A program made the translations under genes and the position numbers. Below, piece after piece: positions 1 through 12,682 of a stretch of DNA of 30,299 nt; positions within the stretch are counted from its first letter, which is position 1; every line of letters starts with the position of its first letter. The notes beneath the pieces are model-generated. The model worked only from the letters and a program-made list of their open reading frames with translations, did not search any database and was not told the origin of the DNA. The stretch comes from Macrostomum lignano. Its lineage: Eukaryota. The DNA lies in contig NIVC01002648.1 in the NCBI GenBank assembly GCA_002269645.1, forward strand, positions 122,837 through 153,135. The letters run 5' to 3'.

Positions 1-235
1 TTTCATGACAGCTTCCGCCCCCTCTGTATTTCATGACAGCTTCCGCCCCCTCTGTATTTCATGACAGCTTCCGCCCCCTCTGTATTTCATGACATCTTCC
101 GCCCCCTCTGTATTTCATGACAGCTTCCGCCCCCTCTGTATTTCATGACAGCTTCCGCCCCTCTGTATTTCATGACAGCTTCATCCCCTTCGTTGCGAGA
201 TTTCATTACAGCTTCCGCTCCTTCAGTATTTTATG
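1..235. repeat. 28-bp minisatellite (TTTCATGACAGCTTCCGCCCCCTCTGTA)n, truncated by the window start, decaying at its right end
   Basis: Unit recurs at 1, 29, 57 etc.; about 8 copies. Confidence 0.95.
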
Positions 236-1431
236 ACAGCATCTGTTGCTATAATGCCTGGAAATTTTGCATAGCGGTTTGCGTTTACAAACCAAAAACA
301 AAATTAATAATTTCTTTCTAATATTTGCATCGAATAGGAACAAACCGAGCTAGCATTTTTAACCAACGTCCAACCTACAGCTTAGCTACGAACGTAATAA
401 AATATGGCGCCACTGGCATATGCGATGATGACGCTGTGAAGATAAAAAATACACAAAACCCTCGCTGGCCAAGAGATAAGGACAGACATCTTCTGCTGGG
501 GTGGCAGGGAGATAAGAGCTGTATGTGTGCAGTTCATCTCGATCCTCCTAGGGGATATCCTAGGCTCTGGGAGGATGTGGGGAGAGACCGCACCGCGGAC
601 ACCATTTGCTCGTAGTATCTACGAGGAAGTGTCTATGAGAAAGCATTAAAACAAATAATAGCTAGGAGAATAATTTTGATCGGTTCTGCACCGTCCAGGA
701 TCTGTGGAGTTTCATCGGTTTTCTATAGAGTCAATGCCGAGAGTGATGGATGGGTATAAACAAGAGATGTTTAGGAAAGCAGGGAAGGGTTATTACGTCA
801 TAGTCTATAGCGCCACTCTCTAAAGATACCATCAGTCGACGATGCAGGGACCAATAGTCAATAGAAGTATAGAAAGTCACGAGTGGACACTTGGTTTCTA
901 AGAAAAGAATAATTGAAGGCCGAATGATTTTTCTGATTCTGAAAACTTGCATTTCAAATTGAGACATCAAACAGTCTGCAAAAATCGAGTTCAGTACGAA
1001 AAACAGGCCTTCAAAAGTTTTCCAAGAAATCATGGAAAACGCAACACACAAATAAATCGAGCTGTTCCAGAAACATGAATTTTATCAATAGGTTCTTTTC
1101 TAAAGTTGAACAGATTAGCATTGACTTTTAGCGATAGTTCGAACTTGTGCAAATATAGCAAGGCTTCTTACCTGTCTTGCTAATTTATAAATTTTTGGAA
1201 ATGAATTGGTCCGTGTGTCTTCAGCGTTGACAACAATCAGCGGACGCCCCACGATTTCAATTAGTGAAAAATTGGAAAATTGATGAAATACGTTCGTACC
1301 ATCATCTGCTGGGAGAGAGGCTGCCCACAAAGAGCCACTTACGCTCATAGCTGATTGATTGATGGCCAAAATCGCTGCGGCAGCTTCTGGCGTTCATTTA
1401 ATTTTCAGCGTTGTGCATGTGCAAAAAGACT

Positions 1432-2735
1432 TCATTGGGATTGATGCACACTGATCAATGCATTGGGATTGATACACACTGATCAATTCATTGGGATTGA
1501 TGCACACTGATCAATGCATTGGGATTGATACACACTGATCAATGCATTGGGATTGATACACACTGATCAATGCATTGGGATTGATACACACTGATCAATG
1601 CATTGGGATTGATACACACTGATCAATGCATTGGGATTGATACACACTGATCAATGCATTGGGATTGATACACACTGATCAATGCATTGGGATTGATACA
1701 CACTGATCAATGCATTGGGATTGATACACACTGATCAATGCATTGGGATTGATACACACTGATCAATGCATTGGGATTGATACACACTGATCAATGCATT
1801 GGGATTGATACACACTGATCAATGCATTGGGATTGATACACACTGATCAATGCATTGGGATTGATACACACTGATCAATGCATTGGGATTGATACACACT
1901 GATCAATGCATTGGGATTGATACACACTGATCAATGCATTGGGATTGATACACACTGATCAATGCATTGGGATTGATACACTGATCAATGCATTGGGATT
2001 GATACACTGATCAATGCATTGGGATTGATACACACTGATCAATGCATTGGGATTGATACACACTGATCAATGCATTGGGATTGATGCACACTGATCAATG
2101 CATTGGGATTGATGCACTGATCAATGCATTGGGATTGATACACACTGATCAATGCATTGGGATTGATACACACTGATCAATGCATTGGGATTGATACACA
2201 CTGATCAATGCATTGGGATTGATACACACTGATCAATGCATTGGGATTGATACACACTGATCAATGCATTGGGATTGATGCACACTGATCAATGCATTGG
2301 GATTGATACACACTGATCAATGCATTGGGATTGATACACTGATCAATGCATTGGGATTGATACACACTGATCAATGCATTGGGATTGATACACACTGATC
2401 AATGCATTGGGATTGATACACACTGATCAATGCATTGGGATTGATACACACTGATCAATGCATTGGGATTGATACACACTGATCAATGCATTGGGATTGA
2501 TACACACTGATCAATGCATTGGGATTGATACACACTGATCAATGCATTGGGATTGATACACTGATCAATGCATTGGGATTGATACACACTGATCAATGCA
2601 TTGGGATTGATACACACTGATCAATGCATTGGGATTGATACACACTGATCAATGCATTGGGATTGATACACACTGATCAATGCATTGGGATTGATACACA
2701 CTGATCAATGCATTGGGATTGATACAAACGGATCA
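1432..2735. repeat. 28-bp minisatellite (CATTGGGATTGATACACACTGATCAATG)n, about 46 copies with occasional 26-bp variants
   Basis: Direct reading; highly homogeneous array. Confidence 0.97.
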
Positions 2736-3932
2736 ATTCCTTTAAATTTTGCTCTAAAATGAAGGCAGCAAAAAAGAACAAAGAGGTAATTTTACTGGGT
2801 GTTTTATGTTATCTGGATGAAGCAAAGTTATTGCCGAAAATCGCATCTATAAGTGAATTTATGTAATTCACAGAGGAGAAAAAAATGCAATGATGGATTT
2901 AACACAGTCATTGCAAACCGGTCGATTTGAACATCGCGAAACCCAATTGACAAAATCAAAACTCCATTCGTCTGTTTTTCTCAAAGCTCAACCAGCAGTT
3001 TAAAACAAAAGTGTTTTAACGCGAAGAAATGTTCAAGCAACTTTTTAGCGCAAGAGAAAAGCAATCTGCATGCTTTTTCCAGCTAAAGTTGGATTTAAAA
3101 GAAACTGTCGAAAATTGCAGTTTGCACCATGTACTACTGAAAATAACATGCGATACATTCGGTTTGAAATTCGACTTTCAATTCAACGCGTGCATGCAAT
3201 ATGTGTTTTGTTTCGGTTGGCTTAGTCTAAACTATGCAGATGAGTCTCTTGTTTATCGAAGATATTCGTAGTTCTACTAGCGCGCATTCAAGCTACTTAC
3301 AGTAGGCTGGACAACACAAAATGCGCTTAAAAATATAAAGGATTGCGGATTCAAAAGTCGCAAATTTGATAACCGCCATCTTGACGTTGTTTTCAACAGA
3401 TCTGCAATGGCATGGAGAGTGAGTCAAAATTGTCCGCTTCTTTTTCAATATTTTCTTATAATATATTTCGTGAGTCGCTGCTTATTATATAATGAATTAC
3501 AGTAATTATTTTCACACAGAACAGAGATAAAATAGTAGACCATTAATAAATCATATTCATAGTAGTAGATAGCGTACATGTAAGACAACCAACCCATAGC
3601 AGACTGTTACAGAATGTGAAAGCAAACGGTTAGTCCATAGCAGTTGAACAAGCAAACAGCAACCGACACCGTAAATTTTGAGAAAGTTGAAACAAGCAAG
3701 CAAACAAAAACGGAGGCAATGCCAGTAGCAGCTCAATGCACAATTGAAATACGCGATGTTAATAATGACAGATATAGCAAGCCGGAAAACATTGATTGAA
3801 GTAAAGTTCATTGGTTAGCCAACACAGCAACAAACATGGCGCATGGAAGCGAGCTGGAGGACTCGACAGTCTGTTTTTGTGAACAGGGCTGATTTTTCAT
3901 GCTTAGGACTGACTGCTGTGCCGTGATGCGAC

Positions 3933-3936
3933 ACTA

Positions 3937-3989
<53 letters not shown>

Positions 3990-4004
3990 CTAAGACAGAC
4001 ACTA

Positions 4005-4068
<64 letters not shown>

Positions 4069-4069
4069 C

Positions 4070-4100
<31 letters not shown>

Positions 4101-4103
4101 CTA

Positions 4104-4180
<77 letters not shown>

Positions 4181-4201
4181 CTAAGACAGACACTAAGACA
4201 T

Positions 4202-4236
<35 letters not shown>

Positions 4237-4245
4237 CTAAGACAT

Positions 4246-4296
<51 letters not shown>

Positions 4297-4391
4297 GGCA
4301 GACAGACAGACACTAAGACAGACAGACAGACAGACAGGCAGACAGACAGACAGACAGACAGACACTAAGACAGACAGACAGAAGACAGACT
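3933..4391. repeat. (GACA)n microsatellite interrupted by CTAA variants
   Basis: Direct reading; produces the spurious CLSV ORFs. Confidence 0.97.
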
Positions 4392-4928
4392 GCGGTCCCA
4401 CATCAAAGGACACAAATGATTAGTGACACGCAGCAAAATTCATGCGATGGACTCCATCCAGGAAGTAGGGGAGGTGAAAACCAATGCTAGGCAAAGCAAA
4501 CTTGCAGACAGCATTTCGAGAAACATGCAATAAAAGGTACTTCTAGTACTTTCACTTGCACTGTATTTAATTGCGCAAATTCCCATATTCAATTATTAAC
4601 GATTAGTACGGACAAATAAAGCTCTCAGAAAAATCTTCTCTAACAAATATAGCGGGCAAGGAACGTATTCTTTATATACTACTCGCAACTTGCAACTCGC
4701 AACTACTCGCAACAATTCTACAGATTGTTGTTTTAAAATTTAACACAACAAAACAACGCAAAAAGGAGAGTCGCGAGGCAGACAGGGAGAGAGGAATGAA
4801 CTATGGGGCAGTCCAACAAATCAATTATTAGACTAATTAGCTAAGATAATTAATAATAGAAGCAATTAAATTAAAATCAATATAATTTAACTTGCAAAAA
4901 CTTGGAGAATTTCCTTCGCGACCGGAAA

Positions 4929-6146
4929 TCATCGACCATTTCCACCCGTGCGACGCCGACCGACACTCTGACTGGGGCCGGCTGCCGACATTGAAGAAGC
5001 ATTCTGCTGCATCGGCATCGACAGAGGCGGAGGCGGCGGCGGCGGCGGCAACGGCGGCATCGAGTATTGCGCCTGCGGTGCCGGAGACGCCGACATGGCC
5101 GAACCGGCGGCGCTGCCTGGCGACGTCATTATCGGGAAGATCGGCGGCGGCGGCGGAGGCGGCAGCGGCATGTTCGACTGCAGCATCGGCGGCGGAGGTG
5201 GCGGCAGCAGCAGCGGTTGCTGCGCGGACCGCCTGTCGGAGCCAACAGAGGACCGGGAGCTGGGCCGGCCGATGCTGAACATTGGCGCCGGCGGCGGCCG
5301 ACTGCCCAGGGCGGTGAGCTTCGCCCGCAACGCCGAATTGTCGTCTTTGACTTCGCTGAGCTGACGCTCGGCAGCTTTGGCTGCCAGCCAGGAGTCGTGG
5401 GCCCGCTTCTCCAGGTCGCCGATTCTCCGCCTGTGCACTCGCTCGGCCTCGGCCAGCTCCGACTGCGTGGCTTCGAGCCGGGCGCGCAGCTGGTCAATTT
5501 CGGCGCGCTGCTCATCCAGGCGCTGCTGGGCGCTGGCCGTGGCGCTGGCGTCAGACTGGCGCGTGAGCTCCTGCTGGCCGAGCCGGCGTTGCCACTCGCA
5601 CTCCCGGTCTTTGAAGTAGTCGCGGAGCACCTGCAGGATGGGAGGCGGGAAAGCGGGCTGCAATTTTGCCATTCTATCTTCAGAACAGTATTTAAAGTTT
5701 CTATTTAGACAGTTCCTCGTTTTAATTGTCCATGGCTAGAAGTAAGGCAAAGCTCAAATTCTAAATGAAAATTTAGAAACCTTTGTTCAGTCCTTTAAAA
5801 TTCGACAGCTGGCACCGATTCTGCCAATTTCGTCTCTTTATTATTTTGTTTTTGTTCCATACTAAAGAGTTGCAATTTTTCTCAGGCTTAAAAACTTGAG
5901 ATATAATTCGTCAAGAAAACATTTTTCCATACTAGGTGTCCTCAAGGCTTTATACTTTATGACTAAGTCATAACCTAAAGATGTATAGCAAAATTGGTGC
6001 TCGCTGACCAAGTTAAAAGTCTAAACTAGACCCCGAAATGATATACTACTACTATCAATACTACTACTGCTACTGCTGCTACTACTATAACTACTACGAG
6101 TACTACTACTACTAGTAATACTACTACTACTACTACTATAACTACT

Positions 6147-6177
<31 letters not shown>

Positions 6178-6194
6178 ATACTACTATAACTACT

Positions 6195-6234
<40 letters not shown>

Positions 6235-6359
6235 ATACTACTATAACTACTACCACCACTACTACTACTAGTACTACTACTACTACTACTACTACTATAA
6301 CTACTACCACCACTACTACTACTACTACTTCTACTACTACTACTACTACTATAACTACT

Positions 6360-6408
<49 letters not shown>

Positions 6409-7319
6409 ATACTACTATAACTACTACCACCACTACTACTACTAGTACTACTACTGCTGCTGCTACAACAAACCTTCAGTTCGGTGCAGGCCTTGTCCCG
6501 ATCCTCTCTTAGGGTGGCCTGTTCGGCTCGCACCGCGCTGAGCTCATTCTCCAACTCCAAGCGGCTGGCCGCCTCAGCTCTGGCGTGACTCTCAAACTGC
6601 TCCTGACGCGACCGCAGCTCCTCCAGCTCGCGTCTGGCCGCTTCGGCGTCCAGCAGGCGACGAATCAAATCGGCGCGCTGCTCCTGACGTTGCAGTTGGA
6701 TTTCTTGTCGTCTCTGACGCCGTTTCTGCAGCCGACGTCGACGCCGACATCGTGTCGACGCACTGTCGCTGTCGGCGGCATCGTCGTCGTCCCCGGCGCC
6801 GTTCTCGCCACCGTCGGGCGCGTCGCGTTGATCCTCATCATCATCCTCCTCATCTTCTGATTGGCCTTCTCCGTCGCCTTCATCGGCACCCTCCTCATCG
6901 TCGTCGTTGTCGTTCGCTGCCGCTGCCGCATCGTCGGAGCCCAGCTTAGCCAGCAGATTGTCAAGCGACTGTCTCAGCGTAGCATTCTCAGCCCGACACC
7001 GCTCGGCTTCCTGATTGGCCCTGTCCAGCTCGGACTGCATCTCGGTCATCCTATTGTAGTACTCGGAGGCCTGGTTGTACAGGCGCTGCTGTTCGGCCTG
7101 GGCTGCTTCCAGTTTCTGCAGGCGCGGATGGGCGAGTGCGTATTGTGTATTGCAGAACTATGATAAGTCTGTAGGTCTTATATATTCGACAATTTAAATA
7201 CGTCTATGGCCAAAAGTCACACATATTGGCACCCCCGTTTATAATTAAATGTGTTCAAAATAATAAAATTCAAATTCTGCTAACAGGTGGACGGACAAAG
7301 AGACAGAGCAGACAAAGAA

Positions 7320-7351
<32 letters not shown>

Positions 7352-10300
7352 TAACAGACAGACAGACATACAGACAGACAGACAGACACAGACAGATAGC
7401 CAGACAGACAGACAGACAATCGTCTAGGGGATCATTGTGTACACACTGCTTGAAACGATGAGAAATGCTACAAGTAACTGTTAGATTACTTGAGACTGAG
7501 TAAGACTGACTCAGTGCGCCGAACTGAGTTAAGACTGACTGAACTCCTATTCTTTCAGTACGATCATTATTTATGTAGCGTAATTCTCCATTTTAATAAT
7601 TTCTATAATTTCTAATAATCTCTACTGTTTATACTCGTACATTAAAAGCCCAGACAAACAGCTTTTCATACTGTTGTGTAGTTGGTTTGCAGATATGTAC
7701 ATATGCTATGTACACCTGTTTTCCGATATTGATCTGTCGCAGCTAAATGAATATATAAGTATAAATATACCAGTCGGTAGGCCAACTTGGGCTAAGTTCG
7801 TGTGTACCCCTAAATTCAGTCTGACTTTCTCAACACAATATAGCTAACTAACACATCTATAGCTATAGTAGCTAAATACGAAGCGTTTTTGCATTTTTAA
7901 TGAGTTAACTTAAGAAAGCATAAAACGCTAATTATGCTACTGATAGAAAGAAGAAGAGTAGGTGTTTTGCGATTGACATATCTACATGCAGATCTAGCAT
8001 CATAGACTTAAATCTTCACCTCTTCAAACTCGAACACCTTCGCGGCCGCCTCCTCCCTGTCCCTGTCTCCTCGATCAATCTCGGCAGTCAGCCGGCCGTC
8101 TAGTTCACCAGTTCGGGCTTCTAACTCGCCAATTCGTCGTTCAGACTCGACAATTTGACTGCGTAGTCGGGCGCGCTCCGCCTCCCAGTCGGCTTTGGCC
8201 GCCTCCATCTTGCCGCGCCAGTCGGCCGCGCCACCGGCAGCGCCGGCAGCCTCCGCCCTGGCCGCGGCCAGATCCTCGGCTAGGCGACCATTCAAAGCGT
8301 CCTTCTCGCCAAGTTGTTCTTCTAGTCGGCGAGTCAGCGCCAGAGCGCCGAGGCATTCCCGGCGCCAGTCGCGCCTGCACAGACAGCAGCGGGCAAGCAA
8401 CGACACGGCCAGCATCACTACCAGAGTGAGCAGTGCCAGCGCTTGACTCTTGGCGCTCATTGGTAGCCAAGCGGAGACTGGCACGGTTTCAACTAACTGA
8501 ACTAGCCAATCTGGCACCATTGGCGAGGCTGCGTCAACTCCAGCCTTAGCCAGTCGGACAGCCGGATATCGGCCTGTTAGCCAGGTTAAGCAGCGACGCT
8601 TTGTCGCTAATTCGACATTGTTATCATCGACATCAGTGTCGCCAGACGATGCATTTCCCTCCGACTCTTGCGCATTCGGCGGCTGCGGCGGAGGCTGCTG
8701 AGGCCCCGAGTCGGTTCGAGTGTAGCGACCCGGATCGATGCCCTGATCGGCTGATTTCTTAGAGTCGGAAGCTGCCGTTGATGATGAAGAAGGCGACGAA
8801 GTCTTGGCGCCTGCGGTTGGCGGTCCAGCCGTGTCAGAGGCTGGCGGTGGCGGCTTGTCGATTTGCTTTGCTGCTTCATCCGGTTTAGCCGGTTTTTCTT
8901 CTTTAACATCCTGATTTGGCGTCGGCTCAATTGAAACTGGTGGCTGCTCAGGGCCGGATGATGGTGGCGGCGAAGGCGGTGGTGGCGGCGGCGGCGTCAA
9001 AGGCTGAGATGAAGCCGGGGGTGTCGGTTGAGCAATCGGTGGCGCAGGAGTAGCCACGGGTTCGGAATCAACTTTACCCTGCTGTTTGACTTGGTCTTGA
9101 TCAGGCTTAGCCTGTTGCGACTGAGTGTTCGGCAATTCTGGATGGGACTGCTCAACCGAAGTGTTTTGGGACCCTGATTCCGATGGTCCCTCTTTCGACT
9201 GAGACGGATGATCCACCTGAGTCTTTGGTGGTTCTGTTGATGGACTCAGCTGCTGCGCCTGAGTCTTTTCCGAATCTGATTTGGATTGTTGCTCCGGCAT
9301 TTTCTCTGGCTCTGGTTGAGGTTTCTTCTCAGTTCCCTGTGCTTCTGGTGGAAGTGGCTGCGCCTGAATCTTATCTGCGTCTAGTGAAGGTTGTTCCGAC
9401 TGGGATTTATCTCCCACTGGTGGAGGTTGCTGAGCCTGTGCTTCATCAACTGGTGGAGGTTTCTGAGCCTGTGCTTCATCTCCCACTGGTGGAGGCTGCT
9501 TAGCCCGTGCTTCACCTCCCACTGGTGGAGGCTGCTTAGCCTGTGCTTCATCTCCCACTGGTGGAGGCTGCTGAGCCTGTTTTTCATCTCTTACTGGTGG
9601 AGGTTGCTGGCCCAGATTTCTTTCATCTTTTGGTGGAGTTTGTTGTTCTTGGGTTTTTGCATCCTCTGAGGAAGGCTGCTGCTTTTGAATCTCTGGTGGC
9701 TGAGACCGCTGAGTATCTGATTGACTAGTATTCGTTTGTGCTACAGCATCGGTGGAAGCTTTATCAACTGACTGTTGCGTTTCATTGCTAGGCAAATTTT
9801 TGCTAGACGGTGTCCTGTCTTTTTGATCATCCACTCCGTGTGATTGTTCCTCTGGAGAGCCAACGGATGCGCTTTTTTCGACACCAGAAGCTGCCCTGTC
9901 TTTGGATTCTTGCTTACTATTAGAAGCATCCTTCCTCTCATCAAGGACAGACGACTCTTTAGCACCAGAAGAGAGATCACCCTGTGCATCAACTGCAGGC
10001 GATGCTGGAATGCCCGCATTAGCAGATGGATCACCAGGCGAATCGCTAGTTTTGTGTTCACTTTCAGCTGAGCTGTTGGCATCTTTCTTGTCTTCAATTT
10101 TGTCCTTCTTTTCATTGGCATCGTCAGGCGAACTTTTCTTTCCGCTAAAGAAAGAGGACACTGAGTCAAAAAATCCTTTCGAAACATAATCGCTTCCAGG
10201 TTTAGCTTCCTGCTTATCTACAGGTTTAGCTTCCTGCTTATCTCCAGGTTTAGCTTCAGGCTTATCTCCAGGTTTAGCTTCCTGCTTATCTACAGGTTTA

Positions 10301-11361
10301 GCTTCCTGCTTATCTACAGGTTTAGCTTCCTGCTTATCTCCAGGTTTAGCTTCCTGCTTATCTCCAGGTTTAGCTTCAGGCTTATCTCCAGGTTTAGCTT
10401 CAGGCTTATCTTCAGATTTAGCTTCAGGCTTATCATCAGGTTTAGCTTCCTGCTTATCTCCAGGTTTAGCTTCAGGCTTATCTTCAGATTTAGCTTCAGG
10501 CTTTTCTTCAGGTTTAGCTTCCTGCTTATCTCCAGGTTTATCTCCAGGTTTAACTTCAGGCTTATCTTCAGGTTTAGCTTCCTGCTTATCTACAGGTTTA
10601 GCTTCCTGCTTATCTCCAGGTTTATCTCCAGGTTTAGCTTCAGGCTTATCTCCAGGTTTAGCTTCCTGCTTATCTTCAGGCTTATCTCCAGGTTTTGCTT
10701 CAGGCTTATCTCCAGGTTTAGCTTCAGGCTTATCTCCAGGTTTAACTTCAGGCTCTTTAAGGTTAGCATCCGGTGAAGATTCGGTTTCGTCATTTTGAAT
10801 AGCAGTTGGTGGAGCCTGTAAAGTCTGCGTATCCGGTTGCAGCGGCGGAACATCCGGACTGCCAACAGGGCCAGGCGGCGGTCGCTCTGGCTTCGACTCA
10901 GTCTCGTCGTCGTCATCGTCTAGATCGTCGACACCAACTGATCTGGGCGGATAGTTCACCTCTATGAGGTCATCGGAGTCGTATCTTTTGCCAACCTCTT
11001 TAAAATAAGACTTATCGAATAGGCCGACTACGTCGTTAAATTTAATTAGCCACAGGGTCTGCCTATCCCTACTAACGCCAACCTCTTTGCCTAATATTAG
11101 TACGCGAGAACCGGCGCTAACCGAGCGAAGATCGCCGTGAACAGAGCCAGCCGAGTTCAACACTCTAGCGGAGCTGACTGGCTCCGAGCAGCGTCTGTCA
11201 ACGCACAGCAGACGATCTGGCAGATTTACACTGGCAGTTGGTGCAACCGATTGAATTAATACAATCAAACTTGGCGTTAGAAGCAGCGAGGCAAGCAACG
11301 GTAATAGCAAAGGCAATCTAAGCCAGCTAATAGAAAAAGCAGAAGCATATTCAGAGGACAT
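4929..11361 (-). CDS. MIA3: TANGO1/MIA3 ER-exit-site cargo receptor, 3 exons (11361-8020, 7157-6474, 5630-4929), 1575 aa
   Basis: ATG at 11361 (gccATG) is followed by a signal peptide (WLRLPLLLPLLASLLLTPSLIVLI). Next comes a MIA/SH3-like MOTH domain (LPDRLLCVDRRCSEPVSSARVL...GLFDKSYFKE), then a long low-complexity lumen and a double hydrophobic segment ending ALALLTLVVMLAVSLLA. The coiled coils contain the TANGO1/cTAGE5 motif LEKRAHDSWLAAKAAERQL and are followed by a proline-rich C-terminus. Both introns are GT-AG phase 0 and join in frame (EE|FCN, ELK|VLRDYF). Confidence 0.92.
6042..6466. repeat. (CTA)n trinucleotide tract with a higher-order 50-70-bp pattern (CTATAACTACTACCACCA) in TANGO1 intron 2
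   Basis: Direct reading. Confidence 0.95.
7199..7240 (+). mobile_element. Possible solo Tc1/mariner-type terminal inverted repeat fragment in TANGO1 intron 1
   Basis: TA|CGTCTATGGCCAAAAGT...ATTGGCACCCCC resembles Tc1-family termini (TA target, TGGCCAAAA). No inverted partner or transposase seen in the window. Confidence 0.3.
7290..7418. repeat. (GACA)n microsatellite in TANGO1 intron 1
   Basis: Direct reading. Confidence 0.93.
9395..9612 (-). repeat. Coding repeat, about 36-nt unit (QPPPVGDEAQAx) x6, in the TANGO1 lumenal region
   Basis: Visible in both the DNA and the translation. Confidence 0.9.
10192..10750 (-). repeat. Coding repeat, 24-nt unit (KPGDK[P/Q]EA), about 23 copies, in the TANGO1 lumenal region
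   Basis: AGGTTTAGCTTC(A/C)(G/T)GCTTATCTCC recurs in frame. Confidence 0.93.
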
Positions 11362-11578
11362 GGCTAGGCTGTTGATGTTGCCTGCAACGTTGCTTCCGTC
11401 AGAGGCTTCGCTTTTAATAGCAGACTGTCTTTGCTGCTTTGGGTTTGTTTTCTTGGAAGATTGTATAGATTTCTTCTGCTGCTGCTCCTGCTGCTTCTTT
11501 TGTCTAGTTGATCTCACCAGCTTTCTTTGTTATCTTTTACTACTGTCTGATAGTAGCGCTTAGCGATACTGTACTCAC

Positions 11579-11606
11579 AGCCCCTTGGTGGACTGCCGCT
11601 GGTCGG
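11579..11606 (-). other. Candidate 28-nt micro-exon upstream of TANGO1
   Basis: Minus strand reads ccTTTCAG|CCGACCAGCGGCAGTCCACCAAGGGGCT|GTGAGT, a GC-rich island between a consensus acceptor and a consensus donor. Confidence 0.5.
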
Positions 11607-11659
11607 CTGAAAGGTGAAGTATTAAAATATCAAAATTCAATAACTGCTGTAAATATGAA

Positions 11660-12268
11660 GGATCAGATAGGGCAGCACCTGTGTCTGACTGAGGGATCAG
11701 AGAGGGCAGCAGCTGTGTCTAACTGAGGGATCAGAGAGGGCAGCAGCTGTGTCTAACTGAGGGATCAGAGAGGGCAGCAGCTGTGTCTAACTGAGGGATC
11801 AGAGAGGGCAGCACCTGTGTCTGACTGAGGGATCAGAGAGGGCAGCAGCTGTGTCTAACTGAGGGATCAGAGAGGGCAGCAGCTGTGTCTAACTGAGGGA
11901 TCAGAGAGGGCAGCAGCTGTGTCTAACTGAGGGATCAGATAGGGCAGCAGCTGTGTCTAACTGAGGGATCAGAGAGGGCAGCAGCTGTGTCTAACTGAGG
12001 GATCAGAGAGGGCAGCAGCTGTGTCTAACTGAGGGATCAGAGAGGGCAGCAGCTGTGTCTAACTGAGGGATCAGAGAGGGCAGCAGCTGCGTCTAACTGA
12101 GGGATCAGAGAGGGCAGCAGCTGTGTCTAACTGAGGGATCAGAGAGGGCAGCAGCTGTGTCTAACTGAGGGATCAGAGAGGGCAGCAGCTGTGTCTAACT
12201 GAGGGATCAGAGAGGGCAGCAGCTGCGTCTAACTGAGGGATCAGAGAGGGCAGCAGCTGTGTCTGACT
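11660..12268. repeat. 34-bp minisatellite (CTGAGGGATCAGAGAGGGCAGCAGCTGTGTCTAA)n, about 18 copies
   Basis: Direct reading; period checked (11721 to 11755). Confidence 0.96.
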
Positions 12269-12587
12269 GGAGTATTAAAAGATACAATAAGACATAGGCA
12301 AATAAAAACGGACATTAACTTGTTGAGTCGAAAGTATTCATTCGACTTTATAGGTAATAATTAAGAATGATTATAAATAGGTTCTGCAATTGACGATTGA
12401 AATATCAAGAAACTGGAACTGGCCGAAGAGTAAAGCAATTATTTAATGAAAGCGATCCGATATCCTACTGAAATACATTAATCGCGAAGAACTGGCTACT
12501 AATAAGTAGGACAGTGCGCAAATATAGGATCGGCATCCATATATACGGACTAAGTGACAAAGTTGTTCAAACTTTAATTAGAGAAAG

Positions 12588-12593
12588 TTTATT
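12588..12593 (-). promoter_or_regulatory. Putative poly(A) signal (AATAAA) of SMG7
   Basis: Canonical hexamer about 90 nt downstream of the stop codon at 12683. Confidence 0.55.
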
Positions 12594-12682
12594 AAAGTCT
12601 AGATGAAGTAATAAATCTCTATAAAAACACTTAGAGGTGCAAATTCGCAATTCTTAGAAAAAATCATAAATAGATGGTTGAA

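Noticed and set aside
813-842. PLSKDTISRR resembles a hAT/Buster transposase motif
   Set aside because: Only 10 residues, surrounded by stops; no DE/D-containing follow-on motifs or TIRs found. A tBLASTn or HMM search of 240-1430 would settle it.
1432-2735. CRISPR-like regular repeats (here and in other arrays)
   Set aside because: Units are directly adjacent with no unique spacers, there are no cas genes, and the context is eukaryotic.
3837-3897. ATG in good context (aacATGGCG) on the plus strand
   Set aside because: The frame closes after about 18 codons, with no homology or convincing splice partner.
4892-5708. Plus-strand and alternative-frame ORFs over TANGO1 exon 3 (similar ones lie over SMG7 and FAM114A)
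   Set aside because: Shadow ORFs of GC-rich coding sequence with no recognisable domains.
5957-5973. Perfect palindrome TTATGACT-A-AGTCATAA
   Set aside because: Short, AT-rich and isolated; no associated element could be defined.
6021-6473. In-frame poly-Ser extension of TANGO1 exon 2 (possible isoform without the proline-rich domain)
   Set aside because: Expected from an (AGT)n tract being open in that frame; a good donor at 6473 joins a conserved exon 3.
11362-11517. ORF-track start of the 1169-aa ORF at 11517
   Set aside because: It is a GTG; the ATG at 11361 directly precedes the signal peptide and is the better start.
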